From positions 224,001-288,000 of the forward strand of contig CAWFQB010000006.1 of assembly GCA_963817895.1 (NCBI GenBank): a stretch of 64,000 nt of DNA, in the 5' to 3' direction. The notes beneath the pieces were generated by a model. That model worked only from the letters and a program-made list of their open reading frames with translations. It was not told the DNA's origin and ran no database searches. Of the stretch, positions 1 to 10,229 are shown piece by piece (positions within the stretch are counted from its first letter, which is position 1; every line of letters begins with the position of its first letter). Made by a program: the position numbers and the translations under genes. The DNA is from an uncultured Chthonomonadaceae bacterium. GTDB taxonomy: Bacteria > Armatimonadota > Chthonomonadetes > Chthonomonadales > Chthonomonadaceae.

Positions 1-1
1 G

Positions 2-1105
2 CGCGGCAACACATTCCTGCGGCAGGCGACCTGCGAACGGGATTTTACGCGCGTCTTGTCGAAACTCCGGTTTCTCGTCGTCGCGTTTCCGCGCATTGAC
101 TGGCGCGTGGCCGTGCCTGCCCTTGCCGCGTGTGGCCTCGCGTTCGGCTGGCTGACGTGCAAGAATTCCGCTGCGCCTGCCATGAACGCGAGCGCGACTT
201 TCGCATCTTCGCCCGTTCCACATTCGCAAATAGCGCAGGCGAGTAATCCGACTCCTAACGCGGTTACTGCAAACAAGCCTGCCGGAAGCGCGTTTCCAGA
301 CTTCGGCTTTATGGGTGGCAATCCCGCTCATATCCCCCTGTTCGATACTTCTAAAGCGGTCGCCCTCAGTAGGAATAAGAGGGCGGAGCAGGAATTGAGA
401 AAGCGCATGGGGCAGCAGGTCGCGTTGTTCGCCCCGCATCACCAACGGGCCGAACGTGGAAATGTGTTAAAATCGCGCCGTCTCGCCGCCGTTGAGCCGT
501 TCGCATTGTATTACAAAATGACCAAACCAGCTGACGTTTCTGCCGGACTTTTAGCAGAAAAGAATACTGGCCGTACCCGTCGGCAGAATAGTTATTCGTT
601 CGGCGAGTTTCACCCCGAAGCCAACTGGCAACTCTCGCTGCAAAGAAGCAAGTCTACGGCGCAAAGGAATACAGATACGCTGGCAAAGACAACGAACCTC
701 GATACCGTCAGTAAAATGAGCGACAATAATTTCCGTTACCTTGCGTCTGCGGCAAAGTCAAAGCAGAAAGAGGAGTTGAAGGAACCATTTTTGTTGCCCT
801 CCGGCGCGCGGGATACTCCTGCCGACGCCAATGGATTTCATGAGTTCGCGCTCGGCCTGAACGACTCCACGCGCCGTAGTTTTCGGGGCGATAATCGTGG
901 ATTGGCATGGGGGGCTGCTCTTGGTGAAAACGAAGATATGTATTTGGAGGTCGAGGATACAAAGCGCGGATTTACCAGCCGCACACGCTTTGCCAGCCGG
1001 GTTCAGGAGCAAAACGGCCAGCGCGTGTTGATTATCGAGGCCGAAGACGCCGCGCCGAGCGCCACCGGCGAGCCGCAATCCCTACCCGTTTCGGAGCCAA
1101 AATGA
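2..1105 (+). CDS. hypothetical protein, probably membrane-anchored; 5' end probably outside the window
   Basis: Frame is open from position 2. Hydrophobic segment WRVAVPALAACGLAFGWL. Stop overlaps the next ATG (ATGA at 1102-1105). Confidence 0.55.
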   Translation, partial: RGNTFLRQATCERDFTRVLSKLRFLVVAFPRIDWRVAVPALAACGLAFGWLTCKNSAAPAMNASATFASSPVPHSQIAQASNPTPNAVTANKPAGSAFPDFGFMGGNPAHIPLFDTSKAVALSRNKRAEQELRKRMGQQVALFAPHHQRAERGNVLKSRRLAAVEPFALYYKMTKPADVSAGLLAEKNTGRTRRQNSYSFGEFHPEANWQLSLQRSKSTAQRNTDTLAKTTNLDTVSKMSDNNFRYLASAAKSKQKEELKEPFLLPSGARDTPADANGFHEFALGLNDSTRRSFRGDNRGLAWGAALGENEDMYLEVEDTKRGFTSRTRFASRVQEQNGQRVLIIEAEDAAPSATGEPQSLPVSEPK

Positions 1106-2557
1106 GATTGAATGTCGCATTGATACAAATAACAGGAACGCTGTTGCTATTGGGAATGTTGCATACGTCCTCGTTCGCCGCGCCGGAAGCGTTGAATACC
1201 ATCGCGCTTGCCATGCCGGGTGCAACGGAAAAGCAGGCCGGGGCGGAAAACCAGAATGTTACGCCGCCCGCGACCGTGAGCGTGTTGCAGGTCACAGGCA
1301 CGACCAACGTTTTCACCATTTCCGCGCAGCATGCCGATGTTCTCAGCCTGCTGAAACTGGTTTTCGATCAGTCGCATCGGCAGTTTGTACCCGATGCGAG
1401 CGTAACCGGGGACGTGACATTCGCGCTGTCGGGGCAACGCTTCGATACGGTTCTGGCGTCCATTTGCAGGCAGACATTTTTACGGTACGAGGTGGACAAA
1501 CAGGGCATTTACCAGTTCCGCCGCGATGAGGAGGGGCTGCGCAATCTGCTGCTGAAAACGCAGGCCATCAACAACGTGCTGTCGGAACAACTGCGGCGCA
1601 TGGGGTACGCGGTTCCGTCTGTTCAGTTCGGCGCGAATGAAGCAAGCCGGGGCCGCGCCCTGAGCAGTTCGCAGGCCGCGCCGGGAGCGGCAGCCAACAG
1701 TGGAACTGGCGCGGGACAGCGTGGCGGGTTTGGCGGGGGCGGTGGTTTTGGCAGAAACGATTCGGGCTACGCGGGCGGGCAGGGGGCGAATACTCCGGGT
1801 TCGTCTCAATCTTCTGGTGATATCATTGCCGGCAGGCGCAGCGCCGACATCGGCAAGGATGAGCGGGGCGACAATGCGAACGCCAAAATTATGGCGCGTC
1901 GCAAGCCTGACGATCAGAGCGGCGTGGAGGGTTCGCAAAAACCTTCGCCGGTGAATGGCGCGGGCGCGGAACCCGGCCCCTCCGGTTCAGCCGGACAATC
2001 TACCGCGCCGGGAACGAACCGGCAGGCGGCAGGAATTTATCAGGACGGGCAGGCAGGCGTACGCGGCCCCGCGCCATCTGATCTCGAATTCGCGACTACC
2101 GGGCAGTACCAGACGTTTATGAAGCAGAACAATCTCGTCGCCATCAACACGCGGGGCGAAAAAGTGCCGGTGCTGCAAGTTTTGGCCGATCTGAGTCGGC
2201 AAGCGAATGTTCCAATACTCGTAGACCCGGACGTGCCAAAAGGCAAAGAGTTTGTCGTCAGCGCGTCGATTCCTGCCTGCCCCCTGAATGTGATGCTGAA
2301 CTATCTGGGGTAATGGCCTGCGTTTGGAGTGGCGCTGGGTGAATAACCGTATCTACATCACAACCACGCCGGAACTTCAGCCGTACCTGCGTGGCATCCC
2401 GCTTCCCGCTCCCGGCAACGGCGGCAATATCGGGAACGGCATCACCATTCTGCCCCGACGCTCGGCGTCGCCGCAAAATCAGGTGCCGCAAAAGAAGTCC
2501 GAAGACACCGAAAAGGGCAAAGAGGATAAAAAGGACAGCAAAGGCGCAGGCGGCTAA
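1102..2557 (+). CDS. secreted protein with secretin-N/STN-like domains and a Gly-rich linker; one frameshift near 2310
   Basis: Signal peptide. STN-like segments ISAQHADVLSLLKLVF..FVPDASVTGDVTF and VPVLQVLADLSRQANVPILVDPDV. After LNYLG the domain continues in another frame as NGLRLEWRWVNNRIYIT (ORF 2324-2557). Confidence 0.6.
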
Positions 2558-2587
2558 AAAAAGTATAGACTATTTCCTGCGCATAGA

Positions 2588-2616
2588 TTGTTTTCTGCTT
2601 GAAAATGTGCTATACT
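2588..2616 (+). promoter_or_regulatory. sigma70-like promoter with extended -10
   Basis: TTGTTT (2588-2593), 17-nt spacer ending in TGc, TATACT (2611-2616). Confidence 0.5.
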
Positions 2617-2640
2617 ACATTCAAATAGGGTAACGCTTTT

Positions 2641-2679
2641 GGGCCGATGGAGATTCGATCACTCCATCGGCTCTTTTTT
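2641..2679 (+). terminator. intrinsic terminator
   Basis: Stem GGGCCGATGGAG / CTCCATCGGCTC followed by TTTTTT. Confidence 0.85.
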
Positions 2680-2687
2680 GTGTCAGA

Positions 2688-3824
2688 TTAGGCGGTATGG
2701 CGCAAGCCAAACCGAATTTCTCCGCGCCATGTTTCGCCGGGGGGCAGGGCAATCAATCCGGCGTCTATCCCCTGCGCCTGTAGGTTGACCGCATTGGTAG
2801 GACAGGTGTAGGGTTCCAGCGCGATAATGGGCGAATCTAAGGGCGCGTACAAAACCCATTCGCGGAACGACTTATCGGCGGCAAGGACCATTTCCAGCCC
2901 GCTTTCCGGGTCGCGCAGGCCGCCCTCGCTCCAGCCGTCACCTCCGTGCTGCACACCCGTAAACACGTCGTCGAAGAAATGACCGGACAGGGGCGCGAAT
3001 TGGCGCAGGTCGAACTGTTCCCCGGCCTGCGACACGGGCAGAATATTGCCGGTCGGCATCAGTTTGTCCAGTTCCCAGATAGCTTCGGCGGGAACGTGTA
3101 CCAGAGATTTGGCGCGTTGTTCCATCGTGACATCGGCAAGGCCGGCAGGCAGGGTTACGCCCGGACGCAGGCTTGTGGGAAACCAGGGATGAATTCCAAA
3201 GCCCATCGGCATGGTTTTCTGCCCTTCAGTTCCGTCATTAGTGACGGCAATCTGCATGATGAGTACGCCATTTTGAAGCAGGTATCGGACTTCCAGGGTA
3301 CAGGGGAACGGGTACTGTTCCACAATGTCAGGAAAATCATGCAGCTGAATGGCGCAGCGCAGGTTCGCGCCCATTTGCAGTTTACCGTCGTCCTCGTCCC
3401 GCACCGTCGCTTCCGTGACGCCCCAGGGCTTGTCGCCGACAAGTCCGTGAAGCGCCTGCCCCGCGCCCTTATCCCAATTCCGCGCCATCAGACTGTCCAT
3501 GCGGTACGTCTGATTCTCAAACGTGTATACGCCGTCGCGCACCCGGTTGGGAAACGGGAACAGAATGGGATTGCCGCCCGTAAACGGCACTTGCTTCAAC
3601 CCCGGAATGTCGGCGGGGGGAACAAACACGTCTACGACATCGGAAGCGTTGCGGTCTTTTCCGCTTTGCTCTGTCTCATCATTTTCATCAGGCGTGGTTC
3701 GGAACTCTACGCAATTGCAGCCCAATTCCGGGTAAATCACGGCCTCGGCCAGCCGCTCGTTGTCGCGCAGGATATACGCCTGAAGGCCGTTGCGCGTCTC
3801 CTGATTCCATTCATAACGGGACAT
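2688..3824 (-). CDS. aldose 1-epimerase (mutarotase) family protein
   Basis: Motifs GNPILFPFPNRV, ALHG, GFGIHPWF, FDDVF, IALEPYTC. Confidence 0.85.
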   Translation of the reverse strand: MSRYEWNQETRNGLQAYILRDNERLAEAVIYPELGCNCVEFRTTPDENDETEQSGKDRNASDVVDVFVPPADIPGLKQVPFTGGNPILFPFPNRVRDGVYTFENQTYRMDSLMARNWDKGAGQALHGLVGDKPWGVTEATVRDEDDGKLQMGANLRCAIQLHDFPDIVEQYPFPCTLEVRYLLQNGVLIMQIAVTNDGTEGQKTMPMGFGIHPWFPTSLRPGVTLPAGLADVTMEQRAKSLVHVPAEAIWELDKLMPTGNILPVSQAGEQFDLRQFAPLSGHFFDDVFTGVQHGGDGWSEGGLRDPESGLEMVLAADKSFREWVLYAPLDSPIIALEPYTCPTNAVNLQAQGIDAGLIALPPGETWRGEIRFGLRHTA

Positions 3825-3834
3825 AGTTGCTCCA

Positions 3835-3938
3835 AGTTGATAGGTGATAGTTGATAGTTCCTGACTGTCAGACTTGCCTGTTAAAATACAGCAAGGTGCG
3901 CAGGCGAGTGCATTGGCTTATCAACTATCAACTATCAA
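3835..3938. repeat. inverted pair of heptamer arrays (GATAGTT)n ... (AACTATC)n
   Basis: agttgataggtgatagttgatagtt ... tatcaactatcaactatcaa. The right arm contains the stop codon of the 3928-4914 gene. Confidence 0.8.
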
Positions 3939-4914
3939 TTTCCTCTACCCCCCCCGACTGCATGGAGCGCCGGATGGCGTCCAGGGCGCGTTGCTGTTTT
4001 ACGGCGTCGTCCACATCGTAGTCGGGGGGCGTGTTGTCGAGAATACTCTGCGAAAGGTGTTCAAATTCCAGCGTCCATTGATTGACGGGCGGAAAGGTTT
4101 CGCGCTCCTGTCGGCCCTCGATTTCGATGCGCAATTCGCCCTCCTGTCCGGGCAGAAACGCGGCGGGCGCGACAATTTTGCCTTTGGTTCCCACAACCTC
4201 ATAGTCGTTGCGGAAGGGCAGGGCAAAGCCGGTATCGAACAATACGCGGGCATGAGGAAATTCCAGCATCCCGCTTGCCAGCATATCTACGTTAAACTGC
4301 GGGTCGAAATCTCCCGCCGCGTATACGCGGGTCGGTTCGCCGTCCAGCAGAAAACGGGCGGCGGACAGGCAGTAGCAGCCGACATCCATCATGCCGCCGC
4401 CTGCCAGTTGCGGGTCCAGCCGCACATTCTCCTGACGGGCCAATATAAAGGTAAATGACGTTCGTATCAACTTTACCTCGCCCAAAATTCCGTCGCGTAT
4501 CAGTTGGCGGGCGCGGCGGTGCATGGGATGAAAGCGCCACATAAACGCTTCCATGATTTTCACGCCGTGCTGTTTGGCCGCATCCGCAACCTGTATCGCC
4601 TCCGCAAGCGTGTTCGCGAACGGCTTTTCCACAATGCTGTGCTTGCCCGCCTGGGCGCACTTGATAGCCCATTCCGGGTGTAGGCCGTTGGGGAGAGGAT
4701 TATACACGGCTTCGATGTTCGGGTCCGCCAGCAATGCCTCATAGGAGTCGTAGGCGCGCGGGATGCCGAACTCTTCGGAAAAAGCCTGCGCTCTTGACAG
4801 CGTTCGACTGGCAATGCCCGCCAGTTCCACATTGTCGGCCAGCAGCATGGCGGGAATGGCCGTGCTGCGCGCGAACGCCGAGCCGCCCAATACGCCCCAT
4901 TTTACTTTGCGCAT
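3928..4914 (-). CDS. Gfo/Idh/MocA family oxidoreductase
   Basis: VKWGVLG, AVYNPLPNGLH, GKHSIVEKP, GGGMMDVGCY. Confidence 0.9.
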   Translation of the reverse strand: MRKVKWGVLGGSAFARSTAIPAMLLADNVELAGIASRTLSRAQAFSEEFGIPRAYDSYEALLADPNIEAVYNPLPNGLHPEWAIKCAQAGKHSIVEKPFANTLAEAIQVADAAKQHGVKIMEAFMWRFHPMHRRARQLIRDGILGEVKLIRTSFTFILARQENVRLDPQLAGGGMMDVGCYCLSAARFLLDGEPTRVYAAGDFDPQFNVDMLASGMLEFPHARVLFDTGFALPFRNDYEVVGTKGKIVAPAAFLPGQEGELRIEIEGRQERETFPPVNQWTLEFEHLSQSILDNTPPDYDVDDAVKQQRALDAIRRSMQSGGVEEIDS

Positions 4915-4926
4915 TTGTATCTCCGT

Positions 4927-5013
4927 AGGGTTTCAGGGTTTCAGGGTTGTATGTTTTCAGGTGGTTAGGTCATTAACCCTAAAACCATAGAACCCTATTC
5001 ACCTAAAACCCTG
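4927..5013. repeat. inverted pair of octamer arrays (AGGGTTTC)n ... (AAAACCCT)n
   Basis: agggtttcagggtttcagggtt ... aaccctaaaaccatagaaccct..cctaaaaccctga, intergenic. Confidence 0.7.
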
Positions 5014-5030
5014 ACATTTTCCTGCCCAAT

Positions 5031-5865
5031 TTATTTCGCGCCTGCCGCTTTCAGTAACGCGATAATCTTCGGCAGATATTGCCGGGATCGGGCGGGTAGG
5101 CGCGGGTTAGGATGCTGCGCGTACCAGAGGGCGGTTCTGCGTTTTCCGTCTCTAGCGTTCGCATTTATATGGTGATCCAGCAACAACTGAACGGCTTCGT
5201 ATTGCCGGGGGTATAAGACGATGTGAATGAGCGCAGTTTCTCCGGTGCCGTCCGTCGCATTCACATCCGCGCCGTGATCCAGCAGATAGCGCATCATTTT
5301 GGTATCTCCCATCCTTGCGGCCTCTATCAAAGGCAGCCCCCAATTATGCGGTTCGTTTAAGTTGGCCCCGCGCTTCGCCAACAAATCTACAACTGCGACA
5401 TCGCCCGACTTTACCGCAAACACCAGCGGGGGAGCCTGTGTCTCATCTGTAGCGCGAATATCCGCGCCATGCTCGATCAGAGCGCGAATAATGGCAATGT
5501 TGGGGTGGCGATTCACCTGAGCGTTGGCGGAATTCGGCACGGGATGCTCCATGGTGTACAGGGCGGCGAGGAGAGGCGTGGGAGAGCTTTGGTTTGCCCA
5601 AGAGGTTTCCGAGGTAAACCGATGATTCATGTAATCCTCGAATCTGGCGGGCAGGCGGAACCTCGCGCCCGTTGGCATCCGTCCCAGCGCGCAAAAAGGC
5701 GTTGACACGATCCGCGTCGTTGCGCCGAATCGCGTCAAAGATCGTATCGTGATGCAGGGTGGCGATGATGTGGAGGCCCGTTAAAATCGCCACAACAAGG
5801 GCCATGAGAAGAAAGGGACTGAGCAGGGACAGCGTTCCAGAGGAACGGCGTTTGCGCATGGGCAT
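5031..5865 (-). CDS. ankyrin-repeat protein with N-terminal TM/signal; frameshift near 5650
   Basis: ANK repeats (PLIEAARMGDTKMMRYLLDHGADVN, GETALI). The N-terminus (TM plus first repeat IFDAIRRNDADRVNAFLRAGTDAN) lies in ORF 5443-5865. Confidence 0.75.
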
Positions 5866-5891
5866 AGCAAAGGCTCCCGATAACTATTCAG

Positions 5892-5935
5892 GCCCTCACC
5901 CCAACCCCTCTCCCAAAAAGGCTTGGGAGAGGGGC
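5892..5935. repeat. REP-like palindrome, CCCTCTCCC-N-GGGAGAGGG family, copy 1
   Basis: gccctcaccccaacccctctcccaaaaaggcttgggagaggggc; related copies at 6097, 53878 and 58865. Confidence 0.8.
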
Positions 5936-6008
5936 TAATTCAAATTGCGAGAAGGGACTGAATATAATAAAAAGAGTGTGGTACGGGAAGGTTCCTGGAA
6001 GGCAAGCC

Positions 6009-6037
6009 TTGACATTCGGCTTACAACGGTCTACAAT
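6009..6037 (+). promoter_or_regulatory. sigma70 promoter of the beta-helix gene
   Basis: TTGACA - 17 nt - TACAAT. Confidence 0.7.
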
Positions 6038-6096
6038 CTGAAAAGGTTTACGTTTTTAAGGCAAGCGAGGTTACAATGTTTTCTTCTCTAAAAATA

Positions 6097-6143
6097 GCCC
6101 TCAACCCCCAACCCCTTCTCCCAAAAAAGCCTGGGAGAAGGGG
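6097..6143. repeat. REP-like palindrome, CCCTCTCCC family, copy 2
   Basis: gccctcaacccccaaccccttctcccaaaaaagcctgggagaagggg. Confidence 0.8.
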
Positions 6144-6180
6144 AGTCATCTGTTTTCATGCTTTAAGGCGAACAGAGTAT

Positions 6181-9024
6181 ATGAGGGTTCTCCTGAAATG
6201 GGTGTTGGGTGTTGGGTGTTCGGTGTTGGGGCAGTGCCGCCGGTTGTTGATGGGCTTTCGCGTTGTGATACTTCTGGCCGCGTTGGTGGCGTTGCCGGGA
6301 ATGGCAATGCAGGCAGGCGCGCAGAAGGCCGCGCTGCCGATTACCGACTTTTATGTGGCTCCCGGTGGGGATGATACCTGGTCGGGTACGCTCAACGCGC
6401 CCAATGCCGCTAAATCCGATGGGCCGTTCGCGACGGTTGATCGGGCGCGGCAGGCCGTGCAGCGGTTGAGGCGTTCGGGCGGGCATGTCGGCGCGTTTAC
6501 GGTCGTTATCCGGGGCGGAACCTACTTCCTGCGTCAACCCCTGCTGTTCACGGCAGAGGATACGGGGATGCAGGACAGTCCCGTTGTGTATCAGGCCGCG
6601 CCGGGGGAACAGGTGACGCTCAGTGGCGGCGTTCGGGTCGATGGCTGGAAGCAAAACACAAAAGGCGCGTGGACGACAACGGTTGCCGATGTGCAGCGTG
6701 GGCAATGGGCGTTTACGCAACTGTGGGCGAACGATGCGCGGCGGATGCGCCCCCGCCTGCCCAAAAATACCTACTATTCCATTGACGGCTCGCTGTCGCC
6801 CTCGCCACGCGCCGAAGGCAAGGGTTTTGACCGTTTCAAATTCAAGCCGGGTGAGATCAAGTCAACATGGAGTAATCTGCGTGACGTGGAGGCCCTGTGC
6901 TTTCAAACGTGGACGATGGCGCGACTGCGGCTTGACGGCGTGGACGAGGCAAAGAATATCGTCACCCTGCTGGACAACACGCGGGGATTGGAAGCCTATT
7001 CCGGTCTTCCTAAAGGCAACCGCTACATTCTGGAAAACGTAAAGGAAGCCTTGACCGAACCCGGCGAATGGTATCTGGATCGTCCGACCGGCGTGTTGAC
7101 GTATCTGCCCCTTCCGGGTGAAACGCCGGATAAAACAATCCTGATTGCGCCGCAACTCAGTCAACTGGTTCAGATTGTGGGCAACAAGGATAGTTTTGTT
7201 CAGTATGTGACGTTCCGCAACATCGGTTTCGCGCACACGAATTGGAACCTGCCCCCGGATGGCAAAGGATTCGCGCAGGCCGAAGTGAACGTTGACGCGG
7301 CTGTTTCGCTGATTGGAGCGCGGAACTGCGCGTTTGAAAACTGCCGCGTGGAGCATACGGGCAATTATGCGTTCGAGTTGGGCAAGGGCTGCAAGTACAA
7401 TCGTATCGAGAACTGCATCCTGTCCGATCTGGGCGCGGGCGGCGTGAAAATCGGCGAACAGGGCATTGAGCGCGACATCAACCTGCTCACTTCCGACAAT
7501 ATTGTCCGCAACTGCCTGATCGCGCAGGGCGGGCGCGTCCATCCCGCAGCGGTGGGCGTGTGGATCGGACATTCGCCGTTCAATCAAATCGAACACAACG
7601 CGATTGTGGATTTCTATTATACGGCAATTTCGCTCGGCTGGTCGTGGGGGTACGGGCCAAGCGCGTGTCACGACAACCACATCAGCGACAACCGTATCGC
7701 GCAAATCGGGCAGGGCGTCCTTTCCGACATGGGCGGTATCTACACGCTGGGCCTGAATTCCGGCACGGTTCTGGAGCGCAACGTTATCAGCGACGTTCAA
7801 TCGTTCGATTACGGCGGCTGGGGAATCTATTTCGATGAGGGTACGTCCGACATTACCGCCCGCGACAACATCGTATATCGGACCAAAACGGGCGGGCTGC
7901 ATCAGCACTACGGGCAGAACAACCACGTCATCAACAACATATTCGCCTTTTCCGATCAAGCGCAACTGATACGGTCGCGCCCGGAAGACCATCTTTCGTT
8001 CACGATTGAACACAACATCATCTACGACAATCAGCCGTCCGTACTCGGTTCCAACTGGTCGAGCAACGGCAAGAACTTTGCGCTGGATTACAACGATTAC
8101 TGGAATACGGGTGGCGGCACTCCCGTTTTTGCGGGCAAAACATTTGCCGAGTGGCAGCAGTCGGGGCAGGATGTTCATTCGCAGGTTGCCGACCCGCAGT
8201 TTGTCAGTCCTGAAACGGGCGACTTCCGCCTGAAACCCGGTACCCCGGCGGAAAAAATCGGTTTCAAGCCGATTGACGTGTCGCAGGTCGGCCCGCAGCC
8301 GGAAATCAACCCGGCAGGAACATCAGACGGCGGCAACAATGCGGTCGTCATACAGGCGCGGCAGGCCGTTCAGCAGGCGCAGGGGCCGGTTCCCGCTGCT
8401 CTGCGCGCGTTTCCACCGCCCCCACCGCCCGCGCCGCCTTCTCCCATTGCGGACGGTTTCGAGGAGGGCAAACCCGGCGACAAAGCCTCCGACGCGACCA
8501 CAAGCGAGGAGAACGCGACAGCAACCATTCGCGTCACAAACGAAACCGCGCATACCGGCAAGCAGAGTCTCAAATTCGTGGACGCGCCCGGCCAAAAATT
8601 CGGCTACAATCCGCATCTGTTTTACAGCCCGAACTATATGCAGGGAATGACAACGACGTCCTTTGCCCTGCGCATCGAGCCGGGATTTTTGCTCACGCAC
8701 GAGTGGCGCGACAATGCCAACCCGTACCATGTCGGGCCAAGTCTGCGCATTGACGGGCAGGGCAATCTCACGGCAAACGGGCAAAAAGTCGCCACGCTGC
8801 CGCCCGGTCAATGGGTGACTTTCGACATCACCTGTGGACTTGGCGACAAAGCGAACGGCAAGTACGACCTGACCGTTCACCTGCCCAATCAAACCGCGCC
8901 CATTCATCTCGCCAATCTGCCGTGCAGCCCCGAATTCCGAAGTTTAACCTGGTTCGGCTTCAGCGCGGAGGGAACGCAAGCCGCTGTCGGGTATCTGGAT
9001 GATCTGGCGTTGAGCGTCCGGTAG
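6181..9024 (+). CDS. secreted right-handed parallel beta-helix glycoside hydrolase (GH141-like); start 6181 or 6250
   Basis: FYVAPGGDDTWSG..DGPFAT, PGEWYLD, LSDMGGIYTLG, GWGIYFDEG; signal peptide; Pro-rich linker and C-terminal beta-sandwich. Confidence 0.8.
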   Translation: MRVLLKWVLGVGCSVLGQCRRLLMGFRVVILLAALVALPGMAMQAGAQKAALPITDFYVAPGGDDTWSGTLNAPNAAKSDGPFATVDRARQAVQRLRRSGGHVGAFTVVIRGGTYFLRQPLLFTAEDTGMQDSPVVYQAAPGEQVTLSGGVRVDGWKQNTKGAWTTTVADVQRGQWAFTQLWANDARRMRPRLPKNTYYSIDGSLSPSPRAEGKGFDRFKFKPGEIKSTWSNLRDVEALCFQTWTMARLRLDGVDEAKNIVTLLDNTRGLEAYSGLPKGNRYILENVKEALTEPGEWYLDRPTGVLTYLPLPGETPDKTILIAPQLSQLVQIVGNKDSFVQYVTFRNIGFAHTNWNLPPDGKGFAQAEVNVDAAVSLIGARNCAFENCRVEHTGNYAFELGKGCKYNRIENCILSDLGAGGVKIGEQGIERDINLLTSDNIVRNCLIAQGGRVHPAAVGVWIGHSPFNQIEHNAIVDFYYTAISLGWSWGYGPSACHDNHISDNRIAQIGQGVLSDMGGIYTLGLNSGTVLERNVISDVQSFDYGGWGIYFDEGTSDITARDNIVYRTKTGGLHQHYGQNNHVINNIFAFSDQAQLIRSRPEDHLSFTIEHNIIYDNQPSVLGSNWSSNGKNFALDYNDYWNTGGGTPVFAGKTFAEWQQSGQDVHSQVADPQFVSPETGDFRLKPGTPAEKIGFKPIDVSQVGPQPEINPAGTSDGGNNAVVIQARQAVQQAQGPVPAALRAFPPPPPPAPPSPIADGFEEGKPGDKASDATTSEENATATIRVTNETAHTGKQSLKFVDAPGQKFGYNPHLFYSPNYMQGMTTTSFALRIEPGFLLTHEWRDNANPYHVGPSLRIDGQGNLTANGQKVATLPPGQWVTFDITCGLGDKANGKYDLTVHLPNQTAPIHLANLPCSPEFRSLTWFGFSAEGTQAAVGYLDDLALSVR

Positions 9025-9061
9025 TAAAAACTTCTTCAGGCAAATAACGGTGGTGGGAACG

Positions 9062-9627
9062 ATGATGACTTTAGAGGAACTCATTCCGGCTTGGCGGAAA
9101 TGGGGAAGCCGTATGGTTCGCATCCGCAAGAGTGTGCTGAAAAACATCCACCTGCCGGAAAAGACAAAGCAGTTTCTCAATCAGGCGGGACTTCCAAAGT
9201 GATGGGCTACAGCGACACAATGCCCACTCTCCCGCGTTTGACGGAACTCGGCTCCGAAACCGGGCCACTTCCGCCTTCCTTTGCGCGTTATCGCGTCTTT
9301 GTAGAAGACGGATGTCTCATGTACCTTTGTCTTGATGAGGAGGAGAATGGACAGGTGGTTGCGGTCATCGCGAATCCTGAAAGAGAGAAGGAAGTCTTCT
9401 TTTTTCATTCGTCCATCCTACATTTTGCGGAGTGCTGTATCGCGGCGTCGGAGCTATGGGACAGGGAGATGGAGCAAGATTATGCCGGAGATATAAAGGA
9501 GACATGGCGCAATATAATAGCCAAATACGAACAAGTAGGACGTGAGATTGACCCGCCGGCACTGACGAATGACAGGACCTGGTACGCTCGCAAAGTGAGC
9601 AATCTGAAAGAAGAATGGTTAAGCTAA
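9062..9627 (+). CDS. SUKH-4-like immunity protein, paralog 1; frameshift near 9197
   Basis: ATG 9062 reads MMTLEELIPAWRKWG..LPEKTKQFLNQAGLPK, then continues in ORF 9091-9627 (FFHSSILHFAEC). Clear paralog of 9662-10228. Confidence 0.65.
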
Positions 9628-9661
9628 ACCTCGCAAAGCACCATGCCGGAAGGAAACAACC

Positions 9662-10228
9662 ATGACTTTAGAGGAACTCATCCCAGGATGGCGGAAATGG
9701 GGAAAGCAGCAATGGAGCGGCGATTGGATTCGCATCCGCAAGAGTGTACTGGCGAAAACGAACCTGCCGGAAGAAACAAAGCACTTTCTAAATCAGGTGG
9801 GGCTTCCTGATATGATTGCCTACAGCCTGATAAGGCGTACTCTCCCACCTTTGATGGAATTTGTTTCCGAAATAAAACCGCTTCCGGCCTCCTTCGCGCG
9901 CTATCGCGTACTTATGGAAGTAGGCGGTTCCATGTTCTTATGCTTTGACGAGAAAGAAAATGGACAAATGGTTGTGGTCATGGCCGATCCTGAATATGAA
10001 AGCGTCGTGTTCTTTGCCAATTCGTCTATACAGCATTTTGCAGAATGTTGTGTCGCAGTAGACAAAATAGGGGACGAGGAGATAGAACAGAGTCATGCCG
10101 GATACCCGTCTCCTGAATGGGTTGCCAGATATGAGCAGGTGCTTCTTAATATTGATCCGCCTATGTTGGTGGATGACACAACTTGGTCCGCTCGCCGCAT
10201 AAAAAACTTGAAAGAAGGTGTGTGGTAG
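9662..10228 (+). CDS. SUKH-4-like immunity protein, paralog 2
   Basis: LPEETKHFLNQVGLP, FFANSSIQHFAEC and IDPP..W motifs, resembling SUKH-4. Confidence 0.65.
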   Translation: MTLEELIPGWRKWGKQQWSGDWIRIRKSVLAKTNLPEETKHFLNQVGLPDMIAYSLIRRTLPPLMEFVSEIKPLPASFARYRVLMEVGGSMFLCFDEKENGQMVVVMADPEYESVVFFANSSIQHFAECCVAVDKIGDEEIEQSHAGYPSPEWVARYEQVLLNIDPPMLVDDTTWSARRIKNLKEGVW

Positions 10229-10229
10229 T

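Noticed and set aside
6039..6058. LacI-type operator downstream of the 6009 promoter
   Set aside because: TGAAAAGGTTTACG is only a partial dyad, too weak to call.
9190..9210. Selenocysteine or readthrough at TGA in SUKH paralog 1
   Set aside because: Similarity to paralog 2 continues in a different frame, so this is a one-base indel, not readthrough.
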